Numbered from the whole stretch's first letter, positions 1-10,954 are shown. The stretch is DNA of 63,960 bases, filler included, from Octopus bimaculoides (GCF_001194135.2; 4 parts of 4 records of this genome joined end to end with filler, not necessarily neighbours in it); one strand, 5' to 3'. Numbers and translations are program-made. Notes: a model not told the origin generated them from the letters alone.

Positions 1-35
<35 letters not shown>

Positions 36-62
36 TCTATGTATGTGTGTACACATACATAC

Positions 63-99
<37 letters not shown>

Positions 100-101
<2 letters not shown>

Positions 102-340
102 GGGGTAAGCACATAAATGTGCAGCAAGGTGGAAAAAAAGAGTACTCAAATACCAGAGGTAGAGTAATACGCTTTATTTAAAAGCAGCAAAAATATAACA
201 AAAGCTGTAACTCAGAGTTTCACGTTACCACTCGGGAAGTTTTGTTTAAAAAAAAACAAAAAAACTGTCCGACACACGGGGACGTAAAAACTCTAAGTAA
301 CAGCTTTCATTATATTTCTGCTGCTTTTAAATGAAGTGTA
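100..340. mobile_element. Probable Penelope-like terminal repeat pair in inverted arrangement
   Basis: Imperfect inverted arms at about 172-225 and 281-336 (ctttatttaaaagcagc...gagtttcacgt versus its reverse complement). The family assignment is inference. Confidence 0.4.
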
Positions 341-797
341 TATACATATATAAACCATCTATGAACAAATTGCTTAAATAGCCACTGGACATAGCAGTGT
401 AACATCATTGGATGTACCAATTTTACATATTAAACACATTCCTGGAAGTTGGTTTGTACAAATTAATGACATTTAGGGACACCATATGTTGTTATGCAAC
501 CGTAATACATTATGGAGTATATTAAAGGTGTAAGCCAATACTGTGTTTATGGACAGTTTGTTTATGAGTTGAATGTGGTACTGAAGACAGTGCAACGACT
601 TCTGATAAATGTATATACACCCATGAATAATTTTTTCTATCTTTGATTGCATTGTTTACATAGATGTATTCGTATAATGAATACAACTTTCAGTGCTGGC
701 TCTAAAGTCTAAAGAAAGTTTGCAGGGATAACCTTAAAAAGTGACACATATACAGATATTACATACATATTCATCAATATATATATGATACATGTGT

Positions 798-843
<46 letters not shown>

Positions 844-1729
844 NNNNNNNNNNNNNNNNNNNNNNNNNNNNNNNNNNNNNNNNNNNNNNNNNNNNNNNNN
901 NNNNNNNNNNNNNNNNNNNNNNNNNNNNNNNNNNNNNNNNNNNNNNNNNNNNNNNNNNNNNNNNNNNNNNNNNNNNNNNNNNNNNNNNNNNNNNNNNNNN
1001 NNNNNNNNNNNNNNNNNNNNNNNNNNNNNNNNNNNNNNNNNNNNNNNNNNNNNNNNNNNNNNNNNNNNNNNNNNNNNNNNNNNNNNNNNNNNNNNNNNNN
1101 NNNNNNNNNNNNNNNNNNNNNNNNNNNNNNNNNNNNNNNNNNNNNNNNNNNNNNNNNNNNNNNNNNNNNNNNNNNNNNNNNNNNNNNNNNNNNNNNNNNN
1201 NNNNNNNNNNNNNNNNNNNNNNNNNNNNNNNNNNNNNNNNNNNNNNNNNNNNNNNNNNNNNNNNNNNNNNNNNNNNNNNNNNNNNNNNNNNNNNNNNNNN
1301 NNNNNNNNNNNNNNNNNNNNNNNNNNNNNNNNNNNNNNNNNNNNNNNNNNNNNNNNNNNNNNNNNNNNNNNNNNNNNNNNNNNNNNNNNNNNNNNNNNNN
1401 NNNNNNNNNNNNNNNNNNNTATATATGTATATATATATATTTGTAGCTATGTACAGGCAGATAGATAGATAGATATAAAGGTGCAAAAATAGGGTTAGAA
1501 TCTTTGTTGCCCTACCTCCCCATGTATAAAGGAGAAAGGGTGGCGGAAATAGGAGGGGGGGGGAAGGTGTTCGTACCCACCAAGATTGATTCACAGACAC
1601 ACAGACACACAAGGCAGACAAGGCAGGCAGTCAGAACTAACGCAAATCACTTTACTCAGGAGATAAACACATGATCGGTTTCTTCCCCCATCCAGCATCT
1701 CCTTTCGTCTTCTCCACCAAAACAACATG

Positions 1730-1892
1730 GACAACAGCAGCAGCAACAACAACAACAGGAATCTTCAGGAAGTGTGAGGAACGTGGTGGTGGTGGTCGTG
1801 GTGGAAGTGGCGGTAGTGTTCTTGTGGTTTGTGGTTGGTAGCGGTAGTGCTGGTGCTAGTGGTTGGTTGTTATTGGTGGTGGTCGTGGTTGG
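1730..1892. repeat. Trinucleotide (CAG/CAA/GTG/GGT) low-complexity tract in the presumed TMX1 3' UTR
   Basis: cagcagcagcaacaacaac... and gtggtggtggtc... runs lie just past the stop codon. Confidence 0.8.
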
Positions 1893-1943
1893 CTGCAGAG
1901 GGATGAAGAAGACCTTTGTTTTCTATTTTTGTTTTTTGTTTTA

Positions 1944-2045
1944 TCACTCGTCCTGAGTGGGTTGCTGCTGCTGCTGCTGTGGGTTTCGTTGCCGTAGCGT
2001 TTCCTTGCTTCCCGCCGTGTCATCAACAATGTCGGATTCATCATC
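1944..2045 (-). CDS. TMX1: TMX1 terminal coding exon (acidic tail, RQR motif, poly-Q)
   Basis: ctatttttcaatcag| then [37 protein letters not shown] matches the human IRQR tail motif. Phase 0 fits exon 7. Confidence 0.88.
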   Translation of the reverse strand, partial: DDESDIVDDTAGSKETLRQRNPQQQQQQPTQDE

Positions 2046-2114
2046 CTGATTGAAAAATAGACAGGGAGAAAGAGATATGTAGAGAGACCGAGAGACGAAC
2101 GGATAGCAAGAGAA

Positions 2115-2302
2115 AGATATATATACATGCGTGTGTCTATATACATACATATACATATACATACATACATATATACATACATACACATATATACATACAT
2201 ATATATACATATATATACATATATACATACATACACATATATACATACATATATATACATATATACATACATATATATACATATATACATACATATATAT
2301 AT

Positions 2303-2339
<37 letters not shown>

Positions 2340-2364
2340 CATACATACACATATATATATATAC

Positions 2365-2403
<39 letters not shown>

Positions 2404-2444
2404 CATATACATACATATAGATACATACATATAGATACATACAC

Positions 2445-2475
<31 letters not shown>

Positions 2476-2618
2476 CATATACATATATATACATACATAT
2501 ATATATATATACATACATATATATACATATACATATATATACATACATACATATACATACATATATATATATATACATACATATACATATACATACATAC
2601 ATACATATACACACATAC

Positions 2619-2649
<31 letters not shown>

Positions 2650-2707
2650 TACATACATATATACATACATATATATACATACATACATACATATATACAT
2701 ACATATA

Positions 2708-2759
<52 letters not shown>

Positions 2760-2778
2760 CATACATACATATACATAC

Positions 2779-2812
<34 letters not shown>

Positions 2813-2816
2813 ATCA
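2115..2816. repeat. Compound (TA)n/(TACA)n microsatellite in TMX1 intron 7
   Basis: About 700 bp of atatacatac-type units. This is the source of several spurious ORFs. Confidence 0.95.
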
Positions 2817-3190
2817 TGCATGTGCCATCAGTAATTACTCAGAGTGGGCGTTTGGCGACCTCTATGTAGTAAAACACACGAAAAAAAAAAAAGCAGAACA
2901 GAGGCCAGCGACTGAGTTGATGTAAAGAAAACGTTGTTGTAGGAATGTACGCAGCACGTGTACTACAGCAGTCCCATGCGTAGCTTTAATACTGAGATTG
3001 AAAGGCAGGGGTGAATTATGCCTACCTAATCAACAAAACGATAATATATTTTGTAATTTATGCATAGTAATCAGAGTAACCTTCATAATTTTATTGAATT
3101 AGGTGAATTTTTTGCCGTAAAAGGAAAATGTTACAATTGATCTATTTCATTCAGGGTAGACACTGCCTACCCAGGTGGCATGTCCCTGAA

Positions 3191-3221
<31 letters not shown>

Positions 3222-3231
3222 TTTATATATC

Positions 3232-3382
3232 ATCATCATTATCGTTTAACGTCCGCTTTCCATGCTAGCATTGGGTTGGACGACTTGACTGAGGACTGGT
3301 GAAACCGGATGGCAACACCAGGCTCCAATCTAAATTTGGCAGAGTTTCTACAGCTGGATGCCCTTCCTAACGCCAACCACTC
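3232..3382 (-). mobile_element. RTE-tail-type short interspersed repeat (family C), truncated
   Basis: Reverse complement of ...aggaagggcatccagctgtagaaactctgcc...gacgttaaacgatgatgatg, which recurs many times in the window. Confidence 0.8.
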
Positions 3383-3720
3383 ATATATATATATATATTT
3401 ATATATATTTACATACACACACACACATATATATATAGGCATGACTATGTGGTAAGAAGCTCGCTTCCCAACCATATGGTTCTGGTTTTAGTCCCACTGC
3501 GTGAACACCCCCACGTGACTGAAGGTGGACTGACCCGTTAGAATACATAAGAAGTGAGTGAACTGTGAGGAAGCATAGTTGATGGGTGTTAGTTTGACCA
3601 TGTTGGTTAACCATGTTAGTTTGACGTGTGCTGGTTCAACAGTCGATAGCTGAACGGTGAATGCTGAGCATTGTATCCATGGAGTAGTACGGAGTTCGTT
3701 CTGTGTTAACATGTATTATT

Positions 3721-3955
3721 CTTATTTCTTTACTGCCCACAAGGGGGCTAAACACAGAGGGGACAAACAACGACAGACAAACGGATTAAGTCGATTATAT
3801 CGACCCCAGTGCGTAACTGGTACTTATTTCATCGACCCCGAAAGGATGAAAGGCAAAGTCGACCTCGGCGGAATTTGAACTCAGACCGTAGCGGCAGACG
3901 AAATACCGCTAAGCATTTCGCCCGGCGTACTAACGTTTCTGCCAGCTCTCCGCCT
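3721..3955 (-). mobile_element. tRNA-derived SINE (family A), full length with 15-bp TSD
   Basis: tRNA-like head with A and B boxes. TSD ttaacatgtattatt at 3706-3720 and 3956-3970. Confidence 0.9.
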
Positions 3956-4216
3956 TTAACATGTATTATTAACATGTATTATTAACATGTATTATTCTGT
4001 GATAGTTTACCTTTAGTCAACCACAATCAATTCTGTATTTGTGGGAATATTATTTTACTCAAGACGTCTATAGCCACATTGTGACAGTAGGGGGGGGGGN
4101 NNNNNNNNNNNNNNNNNNNNNNNNNNNNNNNNNNNNNNNNNNNNNNNNNNNNNNNNNNNNNNNNNNNNNNNNNNNNNNNNNNNNNNNNNNNNNNNNNNNN
4201 NAATAAGGCGTCTTAC

Positions 4217-4333
4217 CTTCTCCCGATCTTCTCGGTCTTCTTTCTGCCGGGCGACATGTGAAGGATGCGGAGCGGGTTTTGATAGGGACTGGACAGAAAC
4301 GGGAAACAACAAATCCACACAACAAACAATAAG
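4217..4333 (-). CDS. TMX1: TMX1 exon 7 (end of TM helix, juxtamembrane CC, start of cytosolic tail)
   Basis: poly-T ccag| ... AAG|gtaaga, 117 nt, phase 0/0. Encodes LIVCCVDLLFPVSVQSLSKPAPHPSHVARQKEDREDREK. Confidence 0.9.
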
Positions 4334-4589
4334 CTGGAAAAAAAAAAAAAAAAAAACCAGAGAAAGAGAGAGAGAGATATAGAATGATATTTGAGATGAG
4401 GAATTTTGGTTTGAGATGGAATACGACAACAAAATATCACTGCCTGGATTTGAACCTGGTATCTATTCTCTCCTGGGTAACTGCGTTATCGTTTGAGGCT
4501 AGAGAACCTGCTGTTCCGTCATGGGAAATTTCGTTTTATCCATCTATCCATTTCCACTGGCCATTATTCTTGGGAAGATTGTGGAGATA

Positions 4590-4787
4590 GAGTCCTTAGG
4601 CACCTCTTTTGTAGGGTCCAATCAACAGCAAGTCATTACACTTTCTGGTTGAATTCCCAAGCATGGCCAACTGCATCTATGAAATAAAGAGTCTTGCTCA
4701 AGAACACAGCACACAGCCTACTCTGGGAATCGAACTCACTACCTCATGATTGTGAGCCTGACACTAACCACTGAGGCATGCGCCTTC
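4590..4787 (-). mobile_element. tRNA-derived SINE (family D), degenerate
   Basis: Reverse complement of the head at 23537 (ggcgc.tggct.agtg...ttcgattcc...ttcttgagcaagac). Confidence 0.6.
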
Positions 4788-5054
4788 ACAAAATATTACA
4801 TCTTAATTAGCATGAAGGACTATTTCTACTAATGTCCATCAAAGTATCCCACCTTAATTAACCAGGCTGGCTTACTGCAGCTGGCCTTCTTTAATTAGCA
4901 GGACTAATTACTATTAACATTAATGTCCAACAAATTCAATCTTCACTAAAAATAAACAGTAACTACATGGAGTGGTTATGGCTTCAAAATCAGGATTATC
5001 CAGTGTTCTGATCACAGTAATAATTGAGGGATGATGAAAGAATGAGGTACTCAC

Positions 5055-5156
5055 CATACCAGCGATGAAACCAACCAGTAATGTAGCCAGGGCAAAGATC
5101 ACATAACAGCCCCATTCGGGGATTCCGTACACTTCTGTCATCGTTGAGTACAGTGA
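5055..5156 (-). CDS. TMX1: TMX1 exon 6 (transmembrane helix)
   Basis: ttttattctag| ... ATG|gtgagt, 102 nt. Encodes SLYSTMTEVYGIPEWGCYVIFALATLLVGFIAGM. Confidence 0.95.
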
Positions 5157-5229
5157 CTAGAATAAAAAAAAAAATTTTTTAATGTAGGTCTATGTTTGTA
5201 TTGAAATAAAGAAAAAAGGAAAATAAATT

Positions 5230-5690
5230 CGTGTCTGGAAAATTTGCAGTATGAAATTTGGCTATATACAAAAATTTTGCTGTAAGACAAATTTATGGTG
5301 AGACATATTTGGCGCATGATAAATTTGCCAAAAACCAAATTCAATGCGAGACAAATTCCCCACAAGACAAATTTGTTGTTAGGCAAATTTGAAGCAAGGT
5401 AAATTTGAGATAAGACTAATTTGCCATAAGGCAAATTCAATGTGAGACAAATTTGTTGTTAGGCAAATTTGAAGCGAGGTAAATTTGAGATGAGACAAAT
5501 TTGTTGTTAGGCAAATTTGAAGCGAGGTAAATTTGAGACAAGGTAAATTTGCCATAAGGTAAATTCAATGCAAGACAATTTCGCTGTGCCAAATCTGCCA
5601 GGAGACAAATCCAATGCGAAACAAATTCGCAAAGAGACAAAATTTGCCAGGAGATAAATTCACTGCGAGACAAACTTGCTTGTATGGACA
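5230..5690. repeat. Degenerate ~15-16-bp array (RCAAATTTG core) with ~47-bp higher-order copies
   Basis: agacaaatttgttgttaggcaaatttgaagc.aggtaaatttgagat occurs at about 5365, 5445 and 5493. Confidence 0.8.
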
Positions 5691-6098
5691 ATGATAAAGC
5701 TTATATGAGCATTTTCTAAAATAGTAAAAAGAAACAAACAAAAAAAACCACCACAATAAAAGGTTTTATGAAAGCATTAAATAGGAAAGTCTTGATTCAA
5801 ATAGTTTTAAATCTGAGAGCGAGAGAGATGCCATAACAGTATCGAATAATAAAATTTATTTGCCAACAGAATGTGGCAGTCTTATGCAACCCATACCAGC
5901 ATGAACAACGGACATTAAATGATGTGTGTGTGTATTTGTGTGCTTGCCAATTTATTTTTCACATTAGACCACATTATATCATTGTAATCAGTGTGAACTC
6001 AACCAGGGTACATCTATAAGGAAAGCGGACTCACCCTGAATAGACTAACAATGAGATTGAACTCACCCAGAGCGGAGACGAAATGAAAATGGACTTAC

Positions 6099-6144
6099 CC
6101 GAATGAACATGGCTGCCTTGAAGAATAAACTGAGGCTTGACATC
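6099..6144 (-). CDS. TMX1: TMX1 exon 5
   Basis: tctttcccacag| ... CGG|gtaagt, 46 nt. Encodes MSSLSLFFKAAMFIR, compared with human MSSMSALFQLSMWIR. Confidence 0.93.
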
Positions 6145-6639
6145 CTGTGGGAAAGATTCGGATAGGAAAAAGCTTTAAAACAACTAAAACAAACATATAC
6201 ATACATATATATATATACACGCATATATATACACACACACGCATACATATATACACGCACGCATACATATATATATATACATGCACGCATGCATACATAT
6301 ATACACACACACGTGCATACATATACACACACATACATATATATATATACACGCACATGCATACATATATATATACATACACATGCATACATATATATAT
6401 ATATGTGCACACATGCATACATATATACACACATGCATACATATATATATATATATACACACATGCATACATATATACACACACACATGCATATACACGC
6501 ACATGCACACATATACACACGCAGGAACACATACTCACACATATACACACGCATGAACATATACACACATATATACACACACATATGTACACACATATAT
6601 GCACAAACATATTCTACTGCAGACGCTATTGGCTCTGTG

Positions 6640-6897
6640 AAATATAATCTTATTGATTCTTTGCCAAATACTGAAATACTTTTAAGAGTCTCCCTAACTC
6701 GTGCCACTACTGTTCTAAGCTGCAAACGGTCCTTATCTAAACTAAAACTCATCAAGAACCACCTCAGGTCAACAATAAGTCAAACATGGTTGACCGATTT
6801 GACAATACTATCCATAGAGTGCGACCTTGTGGATAAAATTAATTTTCATGAAGTCATTCAAGATTTTGCGAAGAAGGCACATAAAATCAATTTGTAA
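6640..6897 (+). mobile_element. hAT transposase C-terminal dimerisation domain relic
   Basis: Reads LPNTEILLRVSLTRATTVLSCKRSLSKLKLIKNHLRSTISQTWLTDLTILSIE..INFHEVIQDFAKK, resembling the Dimer_Tnp_hAT motif ERSFSKLKLIKNYLRSTM. Confidence 0.85.
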
Positions 6898-7136
6898 GGC
6901 AGCGAGCTGGCAGAAACGTTAGCACGCCGGGCGAAATGCTTAGCGGTATTTCGTCTGCTGTTACGTTCTGAGTTCAAATTCCGCCGAGGTCGACTTTGCC
7001 TTTCATCCTTTCGAAGTCAATTGATTAAGTACCAATTACACACTGGGGTCGATGTAATCGACTTAATCCGTTTGTCTGTCCTTGTTTGTCCCCTCTATGT
7101 TTAGCCCCTTGTGGGCAATAAAGAAATAAAATCAGA
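6898..7136 (+). mobile_element. tRNA-derived SINE (family A), full length with 15-bp TSD
   Basis: Head ggcagcgagctggcagaa...gagttcaaattcc. TSD aaaatcaatttgtaa at 6883-6897 and 7137-7151. Confidence 0.9.
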
Positions 7137-7615
7137 AAAATCAATTTGTAAATCGTTTATTTTTGTAATTCCCTCATCTTCGGTTCTTTAACATATTTTT
7201 CCTATTATTTTTTGTGCATAAATTTAATNNNNNNNNNNNNNNNNNNNNNNNNNNNNNNNNNNNNNNNNNNNNNNNNNNNNNNNNNNNNNNNNNNNNNNNN
7301 NNNNNNNNNNNNNNNNNNNNNNNNNNNNNNNNNNNNNNNNNNNNNNNNNNNNNNNNNNNNNNNNNNNNNNNNNNNNNNNNNNNNNNNNNNNNNNNNNNNN
7401 NNNNNNNNNNNNNNNNNNNNNNNNNNNNNNNNNNNNNNNNNNNNNNNNNNNNNNNNNNNNNNNNNNNNNNNNNNNNNNNNNNNNNNNNNNNNNNNNNNNN
7501 NNNNNNNNNNNNNNNNNNNNNNNNNNNNNNNNNNNNNNNNNNNNNNNNNNNNNNNNNNNNNNNNNNNNNNNNNNNNNNNNNNNNNNNNNNNNNNNNNNNN
7601 NNNNNNNNNNNNNNN

Positions 7616-7691
7616 TTTGTCTTCGATGAAGCTGATCAGGTCTCCAAGGATCCGAGGGCCCTGGTAATAGCGGAAAACACCATCCTTCACA
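7616..7691 (-). CDS. TMX1: TMX1 exon 4, partial (3' part lies in the N gap; expected full length about 129 nt)
   Basis: ttcccccctccag| then (H)VKDGVFRYYQGPRILGDLISFIEDK running into Ns. Compare human CKDGEFRRYQGPR. Confidence 0.93.
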
Positions 7692-7768
7692 CTGGAGGGG
7701 GGAAAAAAAGAAAATGGGGTTTCAATGTGAGATACTTTAAGGTTCAAGTTACTCTGTTCTGTCAAACA

Positions 7769-8770
7769 TATCATCATCATCATCATTATCATTTAATGTC
7801 TGTTTTCCATGCTGGCATGGGTTGGACAGCTTGACTGAAATGTAGTAAGCTGCACTAAGTTCCGATCAGATTTGACATGGGTTTCTACAGCCGGATGTCC
7901 CTCCTTAATGCCACTGGTATTGGAAAGGGCAACCAGCTACAAAAACCATGCCAGTGCTGGAGCCATGTAAAAACGCACCCAGTCCACTCTGTTAAGTGGT
8001 TGTCATTTGGAAGGGCAGCCACTCATTTTGGGATAGTGTAGAAAAAAGTGCTTGCCCCAGATTGCGAAAGGCAGTTAAAAACTTGTCAGGACACCTGGTC
8101 CTCTCGCTCGATCAGAGATTTTTATTCCTCCAGTTAATTCGTTGCTCCACTGAGGGGGTCTTATTTCGTGAGTACTTGGTAACCTCACCAGTGCTGGGCC
8201 CACATAAAAACCACCCAGTACACTGTGTTAAGTGACTGGAGTTAGGAAGGGTACCCAGCTACAAAAACCATGCCAGAGAAGACCTTGCCCCTGCTGGTGC
8301 CACATAAAAAGCACCCAGACCACTCTGTAAAAGTGTTGGTGTTAGGAAGGGCATCTCGCTGTAAAAACCTTGCCAAAACTGATCTCACCTGTGCTGATAC
8401 CACATAAAAAGCATCGAATCCACTCTGCGGAGTGGTTGGCATTTGGAAGGGCATCCAGCTGTAAAACCCATGCAAAAACTGACCTCGCCTGTGCTGGTGA
8501 CACATAAAAAGCACTAAGTCCACTTTGCTGAGTAGTTGGTGTTAGGAAGGGCATCCAGCCAAAAACCATGCTCAGGCAGACCTTGCTAGTGCTGGTTCCA
8601 CATAGAAAGCACCCAGCACACTAAAGTGGTTGGCATTAGGAAGGGCATCTGGCCATAGAAACCATTTCAAATCAGACTGGGACCTGGTGCAGGTCTCTGG
8701 CTCATCAGCTCCAGTCAAACCGTCCAACCCATGCCCGCATGAAGAGTAGATGTATGATGAAGATGATGAT
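7769..8770. mobile_element. Family C repeats: a minus copy (7769-7930) and a plus copy with tandemly amplified ~95-bp internal units (about 8200-8770)
   Basis: Repeated aaaaagcacc..gtggttgg..ttaggaagggcatccagct..aaaaccatgcc units ending in a (GAT)n tail. Confidence 0.75.
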
Positions 8771-8873
8771 AGTATTAACCGCTCAGCCATATTGATATTG
8801 AATGGACAGAATTAAACAACATCAGACAAACAAAAGACAGAAATGTCAGAGATCAAAGATGCAGCGTACTTAC

Positions 8874-8919
8874 TGGAAAATGGTTGGCAAAGACGTGACC
8901 AGGAATCTTCCGCTTAATC
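8874..8919 (-). CDS. TMX1: TMX1 exon 3
   Basis: cttatttccag| ... |gtaagt, 46 nt. Encodes GLSGRFLVTSLPTIF(H), compared with human GLSGRFIITALPTIYH. Confidence 0.97.
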
Positions 8920-9061
8920 CTGGAAATAAGCAGAAGAAAAGAGATACATTGATAAGTTTTCATCCATACATTATTTAACCAGTGAAATAATTAAAAAAAA
9001 AGAAACTACCCATTTCTGGTTTTAATGTATGAAAAAAAAAAAAAAAAGTGGTGAGCAGGTG

Positions 9062-9435
9062 GGGCCCAGTTAGAATTATTTTCAGGTCGAGTAGTCCATC
9101 CCACTGAAAAGGTCCCTGAATAAGGGTTGTTTAAGGATGAACAAAACACCCATGTTTCCTACGGTGAATTATCCAAACCCCAAAAGAATTCCTCTCAACA
9201 CATGGTTATGATGCTCCCCCACTAATCTTGCTCATGATCAGAGATGCACATATCATCAGCCACCAAGGGACATGCTCAACTGGTTAAGGTCAAGCAAATG
9301 ACAAGCAAATCTGTGGTATTGAGCAGAATATTTGCTGTAGCCCATCTTTTTATACCAAGACAAAACAATGTACATGATAACACTTCCAATCAATTAAGAT
9401 CAGAAGCCACGAGAGCCATTGCCTGGTACTGCATC
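9062..9435 (+). repeat. Interspersed repeat X; an inverted copy lies at 10955-11323
   Basis: aaggtccctgaataagggttgtttaaggatg...tttttataccaagacaaaacaatgtacatgataacacttccaatc. The reverse complement is seen beyond exon 2. Confidence 0.85.
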
Positions 9436-9439
9436 ACCA

Positions 9440-9797
9440 TTTGAGCGTGATCACTACCAACGTCACCTTCCTGGCACTTGTGCCAGTGGCACGTGAAAAG
9501 ACATTTGAGCGAGTACGTTGCCAGTGCCGCTGGACTGGCTCCTGTGCAGGTGGCACGTAAAATACACCATTTCAAGCATGGCCAATTGCCAGTACCTCCT
9601 GACTGGCCTTTGTGCTGGTGGCACGTAAAAAGCACCCACTACACTCTTGGAGTGGTTGGTGTTAGGAAGGGAAATCCAGCTGTAGAAACTCTGCCAAATC
9701 AGACTGGAGCCTGGTGCAGCCATCTGGTTTCACCAGTCCTCAGTCAAATCGTCCAACCCATGCTAGCATGGAAAGCGGACGTTAAACGATGATGATG
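9440..9797 (+). mobile_element. Family C repeat
   Basis: Ends gaaagcggacgttaaacgatgatgatg. Confidence 0.85.
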
Positions 9798-9965
9798 AAC
9801 CCCTTAGCATTCAGATTCCTCTGTCAAATGTAATCCTTATTTATTCACATTGTTTTTATTTAATCATGGATTATCTCATAGCTTTGAGATTTCAACGATG
9901 TGATTGTTTATTTTTGGAATGGACACTGTAGGGTGGTGTGAGAGGCTGGATTTGTCTAGTTTGAA

Positions 9966-10400
9966 CATCATCATCATCATCGTCGTTTAACGTCCGCTTT
10001 CCATGCTAGCATGGGTTGAACGATTTGACTGAAGACTGGTGAAACCAGATGGCTACACCAGGCTCCAATCTGATTTGGCAGAGTTTCTACAGCTGGATGC
10101 CCTTCCTAACGCCAACCACTCAGAGAGTGTAGTGGGTGCTTCTACGTGCCACCGGCACGAAGGCCAGTCAGGAGGTAATGGCAAAGGCCGTGCTCAAAAT
10201 GGTGTATTTTATGTGCCACCCGCACAAGAGCCAGTCCAGGGGCACTGGCAACGATCTCGCTCGAAAGTCCTTACACATGCCGTGGGCACAAGTGCCAGAA
10301 AGGCGACGCTGGGCACAGGTGCCATCCCGATTTCGCTTTCGCTTGCCCCAATAAGTCTTCGCAAGCTGAGTTCCGTGTCCAATGAAGGAGACGACATCAT
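9966..10400 (-). mobile_element. Family C repeat inserted into a TTAA-type MITE (halves about 9800-9965 and 10400-10455)
   Basis: Begins catcatcatcgtcgtttaacgtccgc. The flanks join as agtttgaaca|taaaacagg, with a short acatcat duplication. Confidence 0.8.
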
Positions 10401-10733
10401 AAAACAGGAAAAATATTTGGAGCTGACATGGCAAGTTTCAATACCAAAGGGTAAATTTTTTTTTCACACCAACCCACCTGGGACTATCCCCACGCTTCTA
10501 TGACACAAACTTCCTGTTTTTAAGTGGTCAAAATTAAAACCTACCATCAGAATCTCTTGTCAATTTATATTCGAAATACCAGGTTAATTCATGACAAAGC
10601 TATTTTACTAAATTCTTCGTTCGTTCCAAAATTAAATCGAAACAAAGGCAGTGAATTTCAACAGAAATGTTGCGACAAAAGGTTTAATTACCCTGCCCTA
10701 ATTAACAAGATTAATGACATTAATTATACTGAC

Positions 10734-10849
10734 CTGGGTTCTGTGTTACATCAACAATAGCAACATGGATATTCAGATCTTCAGCCCAGCTGGTGTAATT
10801 CTCCCAAATGTCTTTGAAGCTCTGACATGCTGGGCACCATGGTGCCATA
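10734..10849 (-). CDS. TMX1: TMX1 exon 2 (CPAC active site)
   Basis: tttcattacag| ... |gtcagt, 116 nt. Encodes (F)MAPWCPACQSFKDIWENYTSWAEDLNIHVAIVDVTQNP(G). Phases match the flanking exons. Confidence 0.97.
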
Positions 10850-10954
10850 CTGTAATGAAAACAGAGTGAATAGAATTATGGAGTGGCATGGAGGACTCCA
10901 CATCACAAAACTGTGACAGAACATAATAATAATAATAATAATTTCCCTGATGTA

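Noticed and set aside
734-1621. ORFs spanning poly-N runs (also near 7.2, 11.3, 17.9, 24.6, 28.2, 29.7 and 42.5 kb)
   Set aside because: Assembly gaps translated as X.
1856-2925. Long Y/I/M/C/V/H/T-rich ORFs here and at 6063-6897, 21303-22193 (N-terminal part), 29235-29641 and 52505-53256
   Set aside because: They are translations of (TA)n/(CA)n/(TACA)n/(GATA)n microsatellites that lack stops in some frames. Only the embedded true exons were kept.
3288-3310. CTGAGGA...GAAAC hammerhead-like motif in family C repeats (also about 10028)
   Set aside because: No stem II can form between the two boxes.
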